NCBI GenBank assembly: GCA_013115145.1
Contig: JAAPAO010000376.1
Span: 1 to 34,696, forward strand
DNA: 34,696 nt
From: Perkinsus chesapeaki ATCC PRA-425
Lineage: Eukaryota; Protista; Perkinsozoa
Direction: 5' to 3'
Numbering within the stretch: the stretch's first letter is position 1; each line of letters starts with the position of its first letter. This document shows, in pieces, positions 1-9,813 of this stretch. Both the position numbers and the translations under genes were made by a program. The notes below the pieces were generated by a model. It saw nothing but the letters and a program-made list of their open reading frames with translations. It did not search any database and was not told the origin of the DNA.

Positions 1-334
1 GTATCTTCCGTGGGCGAGCGAGATTGCATCTTCACGGACTTGCGGGACGCGTGCAGCGTCACGGTACGTGACACTCCTCATACTCATCCACCGAACCCGT
101 CGGAACCATGGGCGTACTGCTTCCTGTGCTCGAGGGACCGATTACCGGCTCCACGACAATGCCATCGAAGAAACCTGGTGTCACCGTGGTACCAGGTTCA
201 ACCATATGTGTCGGGCTGCTGTCCGTCAGCGTGGGAAGCACACCCAGGTTGAGATCTTGTATGTCGTTGAAGCTGAACTCGCCGAGCACAACTGCCAAAA
301 TGGCGAACGCTATAATGTAGGGGAAACTTATCAT
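1..334 (-). CDS. Secreted or surface protein, 5' part only (signal peptide plus Ser/Thr/Pro-rich mucin-like region); probably continues beyond the window start
   Basis: ORF 334->59 begins MISFPYIIAFAILAVVLG (hydrophobic signal-like) followed by a T/P/S/G-rich stretch (PTLTDSSPTHMVEPGTTVTPG...VVEPVIGPSSTGSSTP). A GT donor (CAC|gtaccg) just before the TGA at 59 suggests splicing to further exons. Confidence 0.6.
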
Positions 335-400
335 TATGACACTGTTAGGCCGGTTAAGGATAATATAACTAATGAATATTGATGATAAAGCGATAAGCTG

Positions 401-800
401 TCGGGGCCCCCAACTTGGGGGCTACTGAGTCAGTAGTACTGACCCTAGTCCCCGATTGCCTTGGCTTTTCGCGGACTGTTATATTCGGGCTATGAGTGAA
501 AATGGTCACTGACCAGCGCCCAGTAACTAGGGCGGCCCCAGCTGTCCTCTACGCAATCTGCGACCAGCGCAGTACGGGGTTACCAATTTTGCCTAACTGC
601 ACGACAATTTGTCACTGTCGTCGACAAATGATTTTCAGAGGTGGTGCAGCATTACTGCATTACGGCATTCGTACGGTACAAATCGTACCCCGTCAGGTTT
701 ACTCTCAGCTACATGTTACGTACTCATTCCGCGTGGGAACAAACCTGTTGTGTTACGTAATTTACATAATGTAACACACCCGGTGTGTCACACTGTGTCA
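401..800. repeat. Cluster of short inverted repeats (odd-length palindromes) in a divergent intergenic region
   Basis: CCCCCAA-C-TTGGGGG 407-421, CTACTGA-G-TCAGTAG 422-436, GTCAGTA-G-TACTGAC 429-443, enclosed by TCGGGG 401-406 / CCCCGA 450-455. Also TGGTCA-C-TGACCA 503-515, GACAA-T-TTGTC 603-613, TTACAT-A-ATGTAA 762-774 and ACACAC-CCG-GTGTGT 774-788. Confidence 0.75.
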
Positions 801-973
801 GTACAGCTATTGGTCGCGTTACCGTTTAGCAACAATTTACGGAGCTGTTAAAGCTTGGCAAACTCGATTCTGTATCTCAATCGCTATATCGTATAACTCG
901 GAGGTTCCAGGCGTTTGTCACTGGTCTTGAGCCAGTCAGGTTTTACTGTTTTTCATTTGCGGCTCACAAATTA

Positions 974-2860
974 ATGGATTTGACTGCTTCCCAGCGTTTC
1001 CAGCCAGTCACAGCGCGGGAGCAGGAACTTCATGGCTATCCTGTTGGTCTAATGACTAGTCAATCTCTCTCGGCAACAGTAATATGTATGACTGATAGCC
1101 TGGCAGTACCCTCGTGGAGTATTCCCTATGTAGTACTGTTACCTTGTGATCAGCAACACAACGGCGTGCGAGCCCCAAGCTATGTTCCCAATCCTAATAT
1201 GGATCACATGGAGTCATCAGTTTACTCTGAGGCAATTCGAGAGGACTCGAGACCGACTGATGTGCTGCCTCCTCAATCGTTGGCCACTTATCTAGACTGT
1301 GCAGTAAGCACCAAATCCATGCGCGAGAATAACCGAAGATTTCACTAGCCATGGTAAGGTACAACGACTCCATTCGTTATTGTCCTTCGCCAAACGGCAA
1401 GAGTTGAGAAGCGCTCTGGCTCGCTGGTCTGAAGTGCCGACCCTTGCACACAATAAAAAGGAGTTTCATCGGGCACGGGAGCAGGTTCGCAAGTATTATA
1501 TAAGGTTGCGCTCTACTTGCTTCCTTCAGCTGATAAGCTCTATGCGCCGGGAGAGAAAGGACCATGACTATGCCATTACAGTAAGAATATTTTGCTCGGT
1601 TAACATGCATGTATACCCTCAACTTAACGCCGACGGTTAGACAGTTCATGATTGAACGGCAATCTAGGGATCGATAATTCTTTTACGACTAGAGTTCACC
1701 CAAGGAGACCGTCCACGCGATCGATAACTAAGCAAACAGCCTGCATGATGTAGCTTACACCAGGGTCTTTTTCGAGGTTCTGAATCAGCGATGGGCGATC
1801 AAAGCTCAGGAAGTGGCGAATGACGTGCTGGCCGCAGAGGAAATTGACAAAGAATATGGGTACTTAATCCCAATCACAAATCGCAGGTCGCAACTGCTGG
1901 AAATTAGGGCGAAAATAGCCGAGTGCCACAGCAACTGGGAAAGTCGCCACTTGGAGTTGAGGGACCAGCTCAGGACTGTGGTGTTCGAGGATGGTGTTTC
2001 ACGCGGTTTGGTTTTGTTGAAGAACGCCATCGGCCGGTCTACTCATCGTACTCTTCAATCAACAATCAGCAAGTAAATGCGTCGCTTGAGAATACAAAAG
2101 CGGGGGCCTTCAGATGGAAGGACTTGGCAAGTTTTCTCCCTGGAGACGTTTTCGGTGACTCGGCAAGAATCGTAAGTCTCTGAGCAAACTCTGTTTAGAG
2201 CGATCGTTGGATCTCGCTGCAGCCTCCATGCCGCCTGAGTGAAAGCCTCTCAGGTTTCTGGTTTGTTTCCGGAAGCTTCAACTGCCGTAGGGAGTCGGCT
2301 CACTACGATCGCTGTCCTCACGTAAAAAGGCCACCTGGAAATATTTGGTTTCTACACCTTAGCCTTTTCACAGGCACAGCTACGAAGAGTTGGATACTAC
2401 TATTAATCGCTATCGGGCGGAAGCCTATCGACGTCTGCAACTCGAGCAGAGCCAGAGAAATAGGATTCCCGCAGTAGGCTCGCCAACAGCCAACCCTTGA
2501 GGCGGAGCAGCGGTGTTCATTTGCTCTTCAGGCGAGGGCTATCGGAACTGCGCTAAGAAAAGTTCTCCTAAGTAGGATTGTTTACGCTAAAGCATTATCA
2601 AGATTCCATAATTCTTCAGAAGTTTATGACCGGGCTCTGCAGGATGCGAGAGATTATGCAGAGCTTTCCTCAATAACAGTTCCTATTAACTGTAGGAACG
2701 ACAGAAGCGACCGTTCTGAGATTAGCTTATCCTTCCTCTTCCATAGTAGCCTCTTCATCGTAGATACGGAGGTTCCCAAATTGAAGTTGCCTCCTTCGAA
2801 TTCGAGCTTGGAAGTTGGTGTGGATGAAAGTGGTTGTTTTCAAAGCATTACTATCCTATA
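974..2860 (+). CDS. Multi-exon hypothetical protein; exon structure uncertain, may extend to 3274
   Basis: Successive open frames bounded by GT/AG sites join plausibly: ELRSALARWSEVPTLAHNKKEFHRAREQVRKYY..., LHDVAYTRVFFEVLNQRWAIKAQEVANDVLAAEEIDKEY..., HSYEELDTTINRYRAEAYRRLQLEQSQ..., FHNSSEVYDRALQDARDYAELS. Largely helical; no family recognised. Confidence 0.45.
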
Positions 2861-3037
2861 ATCATGTCTCTAACTAATTTGATATCTCCCATCACATTAC
2901 GTTGTGTTGACTACAGTATTCGTGTCGTACAAAAAAATCCACTTGTTCTCTTACTTGGCAACTTATTTAACACAAACCTAACAACACCCCAAGCACGTAC
3001 TATTCGCTAAACGAGACGGGCTAATACTCCCAATCAG

Positions 3038-3274
3038 GACATCTTGACTAATGTGCGAGATCTGTTGAGCTTTGGTAAGGAAACGAAGGAGGTATTCCTA
3101 CTCGATCCGTAACCTGCAGTTTCCGGACCATATCTGTATAATGAACACTGGCTCATAACGCAAGAGACGATTATTAGATTTGATAAGGAAGGTGAACTTG
3201 CCGAATCGTACAATAAGCAGCGAATGGAGGGCCCCATTGAGTTAATCATCATCAGGCAGTTCCTCATCCTTTGA
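3038..3274 (+). CDS. Two candidate terminal exons of an unknown gene, possibly the 3' end of the 974-2860 gene
   Basis: Acceptor caatcag|3038 and a 45-nt GTAAG...CAG intron at 3075-3119 join DILTNVRDLLSF to VSGPYLYNEHWLITQETIIRFDKEGELAESYNKQRMEGPIELIIIRQFLIL*. Confidence 0.35.
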
Positions 3275-4618
3275 GAACAAGGCAGCGGCACCAGAACTCT
3301 GCAGGACATGCTGCGGAGTCTGAGTAAGAGAGTGACGTAATCCGCATGATAATACGTAACTTACATCAACCTCGGTGTTGTCCTCTTCTTCCTCGTCATC
3401 AGATGAATCAGAGGATTCATCATCCTCATCTTTAAACAGTGTAGGATCGAAGGCAAACAGATCCCTAATAAGCACTCATCAGCTTAAACCATCTGCAATA
3501 GTCACAATGCCCTTCCTTACCTTCCAGACATAACACTCCGTTTCTCTTTCTTGGCCTGAGCAATACGCTCCTGCTTCTTTCGTTCTTCATCAGCTTCCCT
3601 CTCCTCTTGTTTCTTCTTTTTCCACGCGGTAAACGTTTCGAGGGTAACAGGAGTTCCTAATAGGCAAACATGATCGGTATCAATCCTATACAAAAGGCAA
3701 ATGGTATTGCTATTATTATTTACCTCCTGCAGGCAAGGCTTGTCGTTCTTGCTCGATGATCTCATCGATTGATGGACCATTGTCATAATCATCCTCATCA
3801 TCATCTGTTTTCTTCTTCTTAAGGACGTATCCAGGAGGCAATGCGTGTCGATATTTACACTTATCACCACCATTAGGACACACCCAGAACTGGAAGGCAT
3901 TCTCAAACATCCCCACTCTACGATATAAACTTACCCAACCATAAACACCCTTCTCCACGGCATCGAGGAAATACTTGCAGATGATCTCTGTTGGCTTATT
4001 CTGGTTTGTAGCATTATGCTTCGTCTTAATGACTTGTTCCAGTTTAGCCTGGTCCCAGTGGTCCATAGTATCCTGCTTCTTCTCCTCTTCAGACTCGGAT
4101 TTATTTCGGTTATCAGAATACAGATCGATCTTGCCATATTTCTCCTCCTACCATGCACACCCATATTAACCATAATAACATCAGCTCCCCTCCACTACAC
4201 ACCTCTTCCTTCTTCTTTTGTTTGGCTGCCTTCTTCTTATCCTTTTTAGTCTCCAATTGTACTCCAGAGAATATTGACTGCAACAAGAACTGCCGTTGTT
4301 CTTCCTTCTTCTTCTCTTCTCGCTTCTCAAACTAGCCACGACGACCAAGTCCATGTCACTCATTTTAACCGCACAATTACCTCGTTCTTTTGAGGCCCCC
4401 GTTGACCAGGTTTAGCCTTCGCTGCGGCCTGCACTTCCTGGACATACCTGGACTTGCTAAGTACCCCAATGTTAGCAATGAGAATGCTACTACCTCTGAA
4501 CCTTATGAGACTTGTTCTTATTCTTAAGGCCGAAGGTCTTGTCCTCAGCGACCCTCTCCCGGGCCTTCATCTTTGCCTTGTCCGCCCCTCGATCTTGTTT
4601 GGTAGCTTTAGGGGGCAT
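3242..4618 (-). CDS. ZC3H15: ZC3H15 / DFRP1 / Tma46 homolog (DRG family regulatory protein 1), multi-exon
   Basis: Spliced product MPPKATKQ...EDKTFGLKNKNKSHKVQRYV...KIDLYSDNR...DTMDHWDQAKLEQVI..KH...[42 protein letters not shown]...TPVTLETFTAWKKKK...SGRDLFAFDP matches the ZC3H15/Tma46 signature motifs. Confidence 0.95.
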
Positions 4619-4755
4619 GGCGACGAATCACGTAATAGCAAACGGAAAAGTGACGACAATACTGATAACCCATACCACCACCCCAGAACACAACAACGAG
4701 GAGGAAGTGTTAGCGAATATTGGTGAATAAGAAGCGGAGGGAAACTGTTACACCA

Positions 4756-6435
4756 TTAACCCGACGTCTTGACAATCTGTACCACATCCTCATCATAAAG
4801 CACCTAACAATTGATAGGCCATGGCCGAGGGAGGGGCGTAGGATGCTATTACATGGTCCCTGCCAACACGCTGTGGGTTGTGCTTCACTGACATACCCCA
4901 GACTAAGGCATACTTAAACTCTTCGAGAATGCTCTATAAAATAACGATTAGTATCATACTAATATCATGCTCTACCTTGTGCAGTTTGAGACAGAAGTCC
5001 TCTACAGTACACTTCTCCCGTGGTAGGATAACTGGCTCTGAGTAATCTGGGACCTGTCCCTTTGGCTTAGTGTATACCTAAATGACGCCCAGATACTAGA
5101 AGTGATGGCGGCGGCACAGTTCTCAAAAAGAAGAAGGCCCCGTCTATTGGATTGTGTTAAACTTCACGTTTAGAGAGTTTAATGAAGTCCTGCCATTTTC
5201 GAAAGTGTGGCCTGCCCGTGTGTGTGCCTTATAAAATTCGACTTATAGACTAATGTGATAGAAACACGTCACGTGATTGTTGATGTATGTGTTGTTGTTG
5301 TCGTGGTGGTGATGGTGGTGTTAAGTTGATACTTACTCTGATAAGGTCCATATAGTCCCACATTTTATCCTTTAAACCATCAATATTCCATCCAAGATCA
5401 GCTGATATAGGAACGTAATGAGGGCATTTGCATATAACATCAAGCTCCTCAATAGTAATGGAATCTATCTTATTCATCACATACAAGCATGGTACATATT
5501 TCCGTCCACCTAACGATAAATTCCATCGTACTGGTGACAGCAGGAAGAGGACTCACCTTCTATGATATCAATAAGATCATCACTAGTAGCATTACAGCGG
5601 AAGACTATAGAAGCATTGGTGATTCGGAACTCTTTACAGATAGTAACAACTGTCTCCTCATCCATACCGATCAATCGATAACCAGGTGCCACAGTGATAT
5701 TGATGCCACCCTTATCAGCCTTAGTTATCACAATATTAGGCTTCTTCTTGTTCAATCTCATACCGAACCCTTCAAGTTCGTGCTCGATCTTCCGTTTTTG
5801 AGTAAGAGGCTTAGTAACATCCAAACAGATAAGAATAAGACTACATGTCATAGCCACACTAATAACCTGTTTACCTCTACCCTTACCATCCTTAGCACCC
5901 TCAATAATACCTAATACACACATCCTATCCAGTGCCAACATGTCACTCATCCGCCCCCCCCGCCGCCCCTCCTACCAGGAAGATCCAACACCTGCACTTT
6001 AGCACCTTTATACGTATATACACCAGGAACGCATGTTAGAGTTGTGAACTCGTAGGCAGCTGTCTCAGAGAATGTACCAGTGAGCTGCAATAACGGCAAT
6101 AATGTCCTCCACATTACCTTAAGCATGATCATTACCTTATTTAGTAATGTTGATTTCCCCACTGATGGGAACCCTATAAGCCCCACTCGTGCATTACCAG
6201 TAGCCTTTACATCAAACCCTTCACCGCCACCACCACCACCGCTCTTGCTGGACCCGCTTACCAACTGAAAGGGAAATGAGAAGATGCTCGGTGAGCTCGG
6301 TAGAGGGGGTGGTACCTCAGTCTTCAGCTTGGCAAGCTTTGCCTTTAAACGACCAAGATGGGCGTTGGTGGCCTTATTCTTCTGAGTTCGGGCCATCTCA
6401 GCCTCGATCTCATTGATCCTATCTAAAGTACTCAT
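4756..6435 (-). CDS. DRG1: Developmentally regulated GTP-binding protein 1 (OBG family GTPase, DRG1/Rbg1), multi-exon
   Basis: [16 protein letters not shown]1 [10 protein letters not shown]2 YEFTTLT, G3 [17 protein letters not shown]4 NKID, and a TGS domain [12 protein letters not shown]...[38 protein letters not shown] and YTKPKG are DRG1-type rather than DRG2-type. Confidence 0.96.
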
Positions 6436-6614
6436 ATTGTTGCTGCAGGCGGTAGATGGTTAAAGTATAACCAAACTAATGATAAATGGTGGGGAAGGAG
6501 GAAAAAGAAAAGAACGAGCAACAACTTACAGCCTTTTAAAATGAAACTATTTGTTAAAAACTTAGACACTATCATGGTGTTGACTCAGAGAGGACTATTT
6601 TCATACCAACTTTC

Positions 6615-8166
6615 TCACAACTTTGAGGGAGTAGTGGCTCTGATGGTGTTAATGTGCTTCAAAACCACATCGGTCTCGGCCACTATCTCACGAAGCAGCT
6701 CTCCTGCCGGCCTGAAACATAGGGATGACTCATACGATATGATACAATGTCCTACTTGAGCTCGTTGATTGCTACTACTGACTGCCCAGCTAGCAATGCA
6801 GAGTTGTTGGGGTCAACGATCTCATCTAGCTTAGGGTCATCTTTTCGACGTAAAGGCCCACCAGTTCCATCACCCATCAGACCATAGAAGGCTGTTGGCT
6901 TTACCTATTTAATCCTCTATGACCAACAGCCGCTCACCTATCCCCTACTCCCCTTTACCTTATCATCCATAAGGTCCTTAGCAAGTGGCACTATCCCAGC
7001 CTCCAATAGCTTATCCCTGGCTGCTGGCTGCGACTCCCATCGCTTCACAAACTCGTTCCTGATAACCCTACAAGGTCTACCAGTGTAGGCTGTGGTGCGC
7101 ATAGTGGCTGTTTTGAAATCAGTTTTCAACAGTACCTGCGTTACGACCATCTCCCACCATCATTCTCTATAGCACCCTTCTTTTACCTCCTTTGCCCTTG
7201 GCTCCACATTAGACTCAGGTGTCATCAGAAAGCGTGTGCCCATCCAGACCCCACTAGCTCCCAATGCCAGAGCTGCAGCAACACCACGGCCGTCTCTGAT
7301 ACCGCCGGCTGCCACTACCAAAACCTAACATATATAGAGTACAGTGTATACGAGCAATGTAATGATACGTACATCAGAGCCAAAGTAGTTCTTATGGCCT
7401 TTACACAAATCAACGGCTATCGGCACTAGTACTGTAGTGGCGACATCTCCGGTATGACCACCTATACGGTGGTATATTAGGATACATTATTTTCCTATCC
7501 TATCTTACCGGCCTCCGTGCCCTGGGCACATATTATATCACAACCAGCAGTAATAGCTTTGGCTACATGGGAAGGATGACCAATCATATTCATCACTACA
7601 GTGCCATTCCTATGGAGCTTATCAGTGACCCATTTAGGAGGGACACCAACAGCACATACAAACAGAGGTACTTTCTCATCAACCATAACCTATAGTAACA
7701 TCATTAAGATGGCTCAGAATCCCTACACCTACTTGAACGAGACCTTGTATCTGCCCACCAGTGTAGTCCTTATTGGTCTTTCTAGCATTAGGATTCTCAT
7801 TAGGGTCAGCTGGCAATAATAAATCTACCTGATGAACACAGACTATTGTCTACCTATCCTTTTAAGATAATCCTCTAGCACCAGGGGAAAAATAAAAAGA
7901 TATTATCTTACCCCAAATGGTTTCCCTGGTATAAGCTTGGCTTTAAGCTCTCTAATAACCTGTCTAAGACCATCAGGGCTAAGTCCAACTGCACCAATGG
8001 TACCAATACCACCAGCATTGGACACCTGACTTTAACTATATTCAGTAAATAGTATACTACTTACCGCAGCAGCAAGATCAGGGCCTGTTACAAAGAACCC
8101 CATACCAGCACACATTATAGGATGCTCTATTTTAAGAAGGTCGGTTAGTGGAGTGCGTAGGGACAT
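6615..8166 (-). CDS. Nitronate monooxygenase / 2-nitropropane dioxygenase family FMN enzyme with C-terminal SKL
   Basis: MSLRTPLTDLLKIEHPIMCAGMG..., SNAGGIGTIG, DIICAQGTEAGGHTG, VVAAGGIRDGRGVAAALALGASGVWMGTRFL, RTTAYTGRPCRVIRN, LAGQSV. The last exon ends ...TTPSKL*. Confidence 0.9.
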
Positions 8167-8260
8167 GGTATGGGTATGGTTTGTCACCAAAATACTACAT
8201 AGAGTGTACCGTAAAACTTACCAAAATCCGGCTATTAGGCCACTAGTATCCTGCCTCCAA

Positions 8261-8455
8261 GCGCGCAAAAACGACAGAAATAAAATGAATTTTTTGAATG
8301 GTCTGACTCCACTTGATCGGCGGCTTGTTTAGGATGTTCAGTAGTGTAAAGTTCAGTAGGTGTACATGCACAAGTGGACCACCCGCTCACAAGCAAAAAT
8401 TTTCAAAAAAGATATCGATCGAGATGGCGCGCGCTAAATGGAAATGTCGGCGCGC
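8261..8455. promoter_or_regulatory. Candidate bidirectional promoter with three GCGCGC motifs
   Basis: GCGCGC at 8261-8266, 8427-8434 and 8450-8455, between divergent starts at 8166 (-) and 8490 (+). Confidence 0.35.
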
Positions 8456-8489
8456 ATTCTGGTATTAACCGTTGTTGGTTATTATCTCT

Positions 8490-9641
8490 ATGACATGGAG
8501 GCACGGACGACGGCAGGGGACCACAGCATGTCAGGCTTGGTTTAAGATAGATAATCATCTAAGGCCAAGATGGGTATTTAGAAAGCAAAGGCTAGGACAT
8601 GAGGTCAGGTAATAACCACTTCATTACTATGGGATGGTATCTTGAGGTTAGGAAGAAGTCACCCATGCTCACTGTAAATGAACGTGTATTCTGGCAGCCA
8701 GGCCTCCGTGCTCATCCTGCCTTCAGAGCCTCTGTAGTTGTTCTATTATTTCATTATTATGTCACAATAGGTCCTCAATGGTCTAGAGCCTACTCATTCC
8801 CCTATGACCCGATTACCACGGACATACAGTGGGTAAGGCTGCTGCTGCTGCTGCTCGCTTCTTACAGGTGATAAACGAATAATCCTTAGTATGGGAAGCC
8901 CCGAATACGTCGGTCGTCAGTATCTATTAACCCAGGACCATGTCCCTGAACATCTGCGGCTGGTATTGTTGCTGCTATAGGCTATATTGGATGATGATAC
9001 CCTTTAGGCTTATGAATCTATTGATACACCTTTATCCTCTCACCTTGCTACCGTCTCTACTGATTTATTTCCACACAGACAGCTAGCTCAACTTTGTGAG
9101 GAATTTGATACCGTAACTTCCTCATAGTCGTTATCTTTTATAGTATACCCACCAGGTATGGCATCATGGCAAAATCCGTAAAGGTGGCAAACTTCAAGCC
9201 TTCCAAGACAAACAGTCTTCGTAAGCCCTCCTCCCAATATACTCCCATCACTCACTGGGCCCTCAGGTCTCAACAGCGAGGGCCTTACCCCTATGTCGAG
9301 GAGGCTGGCTTCCCTATATTGGATCTCTTTGTCAATGAAGTATCCACCCTCCCTAGGTGGAAGAGTATGCATACGGTTAGGTGCTTTACACTAAACATCG
9401 ATTTAAGCAAAGGCAGCATCCTAAATGGAATGTATGGAAGAAGTTCAAGAGCCGATGCAGACGGCGATACTCTGGACGGTAGTAGCCGAGGGGGGGAGGG
9501 GGAGGAGTAATGGACAGCCTGTCTATTAGGGAGGCAGTATTGAACAGGAAGAAGCTTATAGCTTGGAAGTTTAGAGTGCAGAATAAGAGTAATCAGATGG
9601 TAGCCCAGGTTAAGACACAGGCAGCAGCTAAAAAGGAATAG
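8490..9641 (+). CDS. Multi-exon basic hypothetical protein, candidate mitochondrial protein
   Basis: Canonical splicing yields a continuous frame: MTWRHGRRQGTTACQAWFKIDNHLRPRWVFRKQRLGHE|VRKKSPML...|...DHVPEHLRL|AYESIDTPLSSHL...|YTHQVWHHGKIRKGGKLQAF...QHPKWNVWKKFKSRCRRRYSGR|EAVLNRKKLIAWKFRVQ...AAAKKE*. Function is not recognised. Confidence 0.6.
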
Positions 9642-9813
9642 ATGGCCCCCAGCCACTGCCACTGCTGCTGCATGGACGTGGTTTCTGATATCTTTACTGT
9701 TTGTTGGTGTTATAGTGATGGACTGATTAACAAACAGTAAGACAGTAATGGAAATGTTGTTATTAATGTACATCCCTTCTTATCGACATGCATAATCCTC
9801 AATTAAGGATATA

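Noticed and set aside
1-61. In-frame TGA codons after the first ORF suggesting Sec or Trp readthrough
   Set aside because: A GT donor precedes them; all conserved genes in the window use the standard code with TGA as stop; no SECIS seen.
574-600. AATTTTG Sm-site-like motif with neighbouring hairpins, suggesting an snRNA or SL RNA gene
   Set aside because: No recognisable U1, U2, U4, U5 or SL conserved sequence nearby; retained only as part of the palindrome-cluster finding.
496-851. ORFs 496-774 and 609-851 in the palindromic spacer
   Set aside because: Alternative start codons, atypical composition and no splice-consistent continuation.
926-935. CTTGAGCCAG, the reverse complement of the 3' end of a Perkinsus-type spliced leader (CTGGCTCAAG, recalled from memory)
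   Set aside because: Only 10 nt, not followed by a GT donor and not adjacent to a start codon; compatible with chance.
1-3240. Apparent class of ultra-short (22-31 nt) introns in the left-hand genes
   Set aside because: Most can be replaced by ordinary 45-80 nt introns using better downstream acceptors, and introns of about 30 nt also occur in other genes here.
6895-6965. 8-nt direct repeats at intron ends (AGGTAAAG in NMO; ACAGGTAT in RPN11) suggesting introner or TSD origin
   Set aside because: Explained largely by the AG|GT protosplice consensus; no shared internal intron sequence or TIRs seen.
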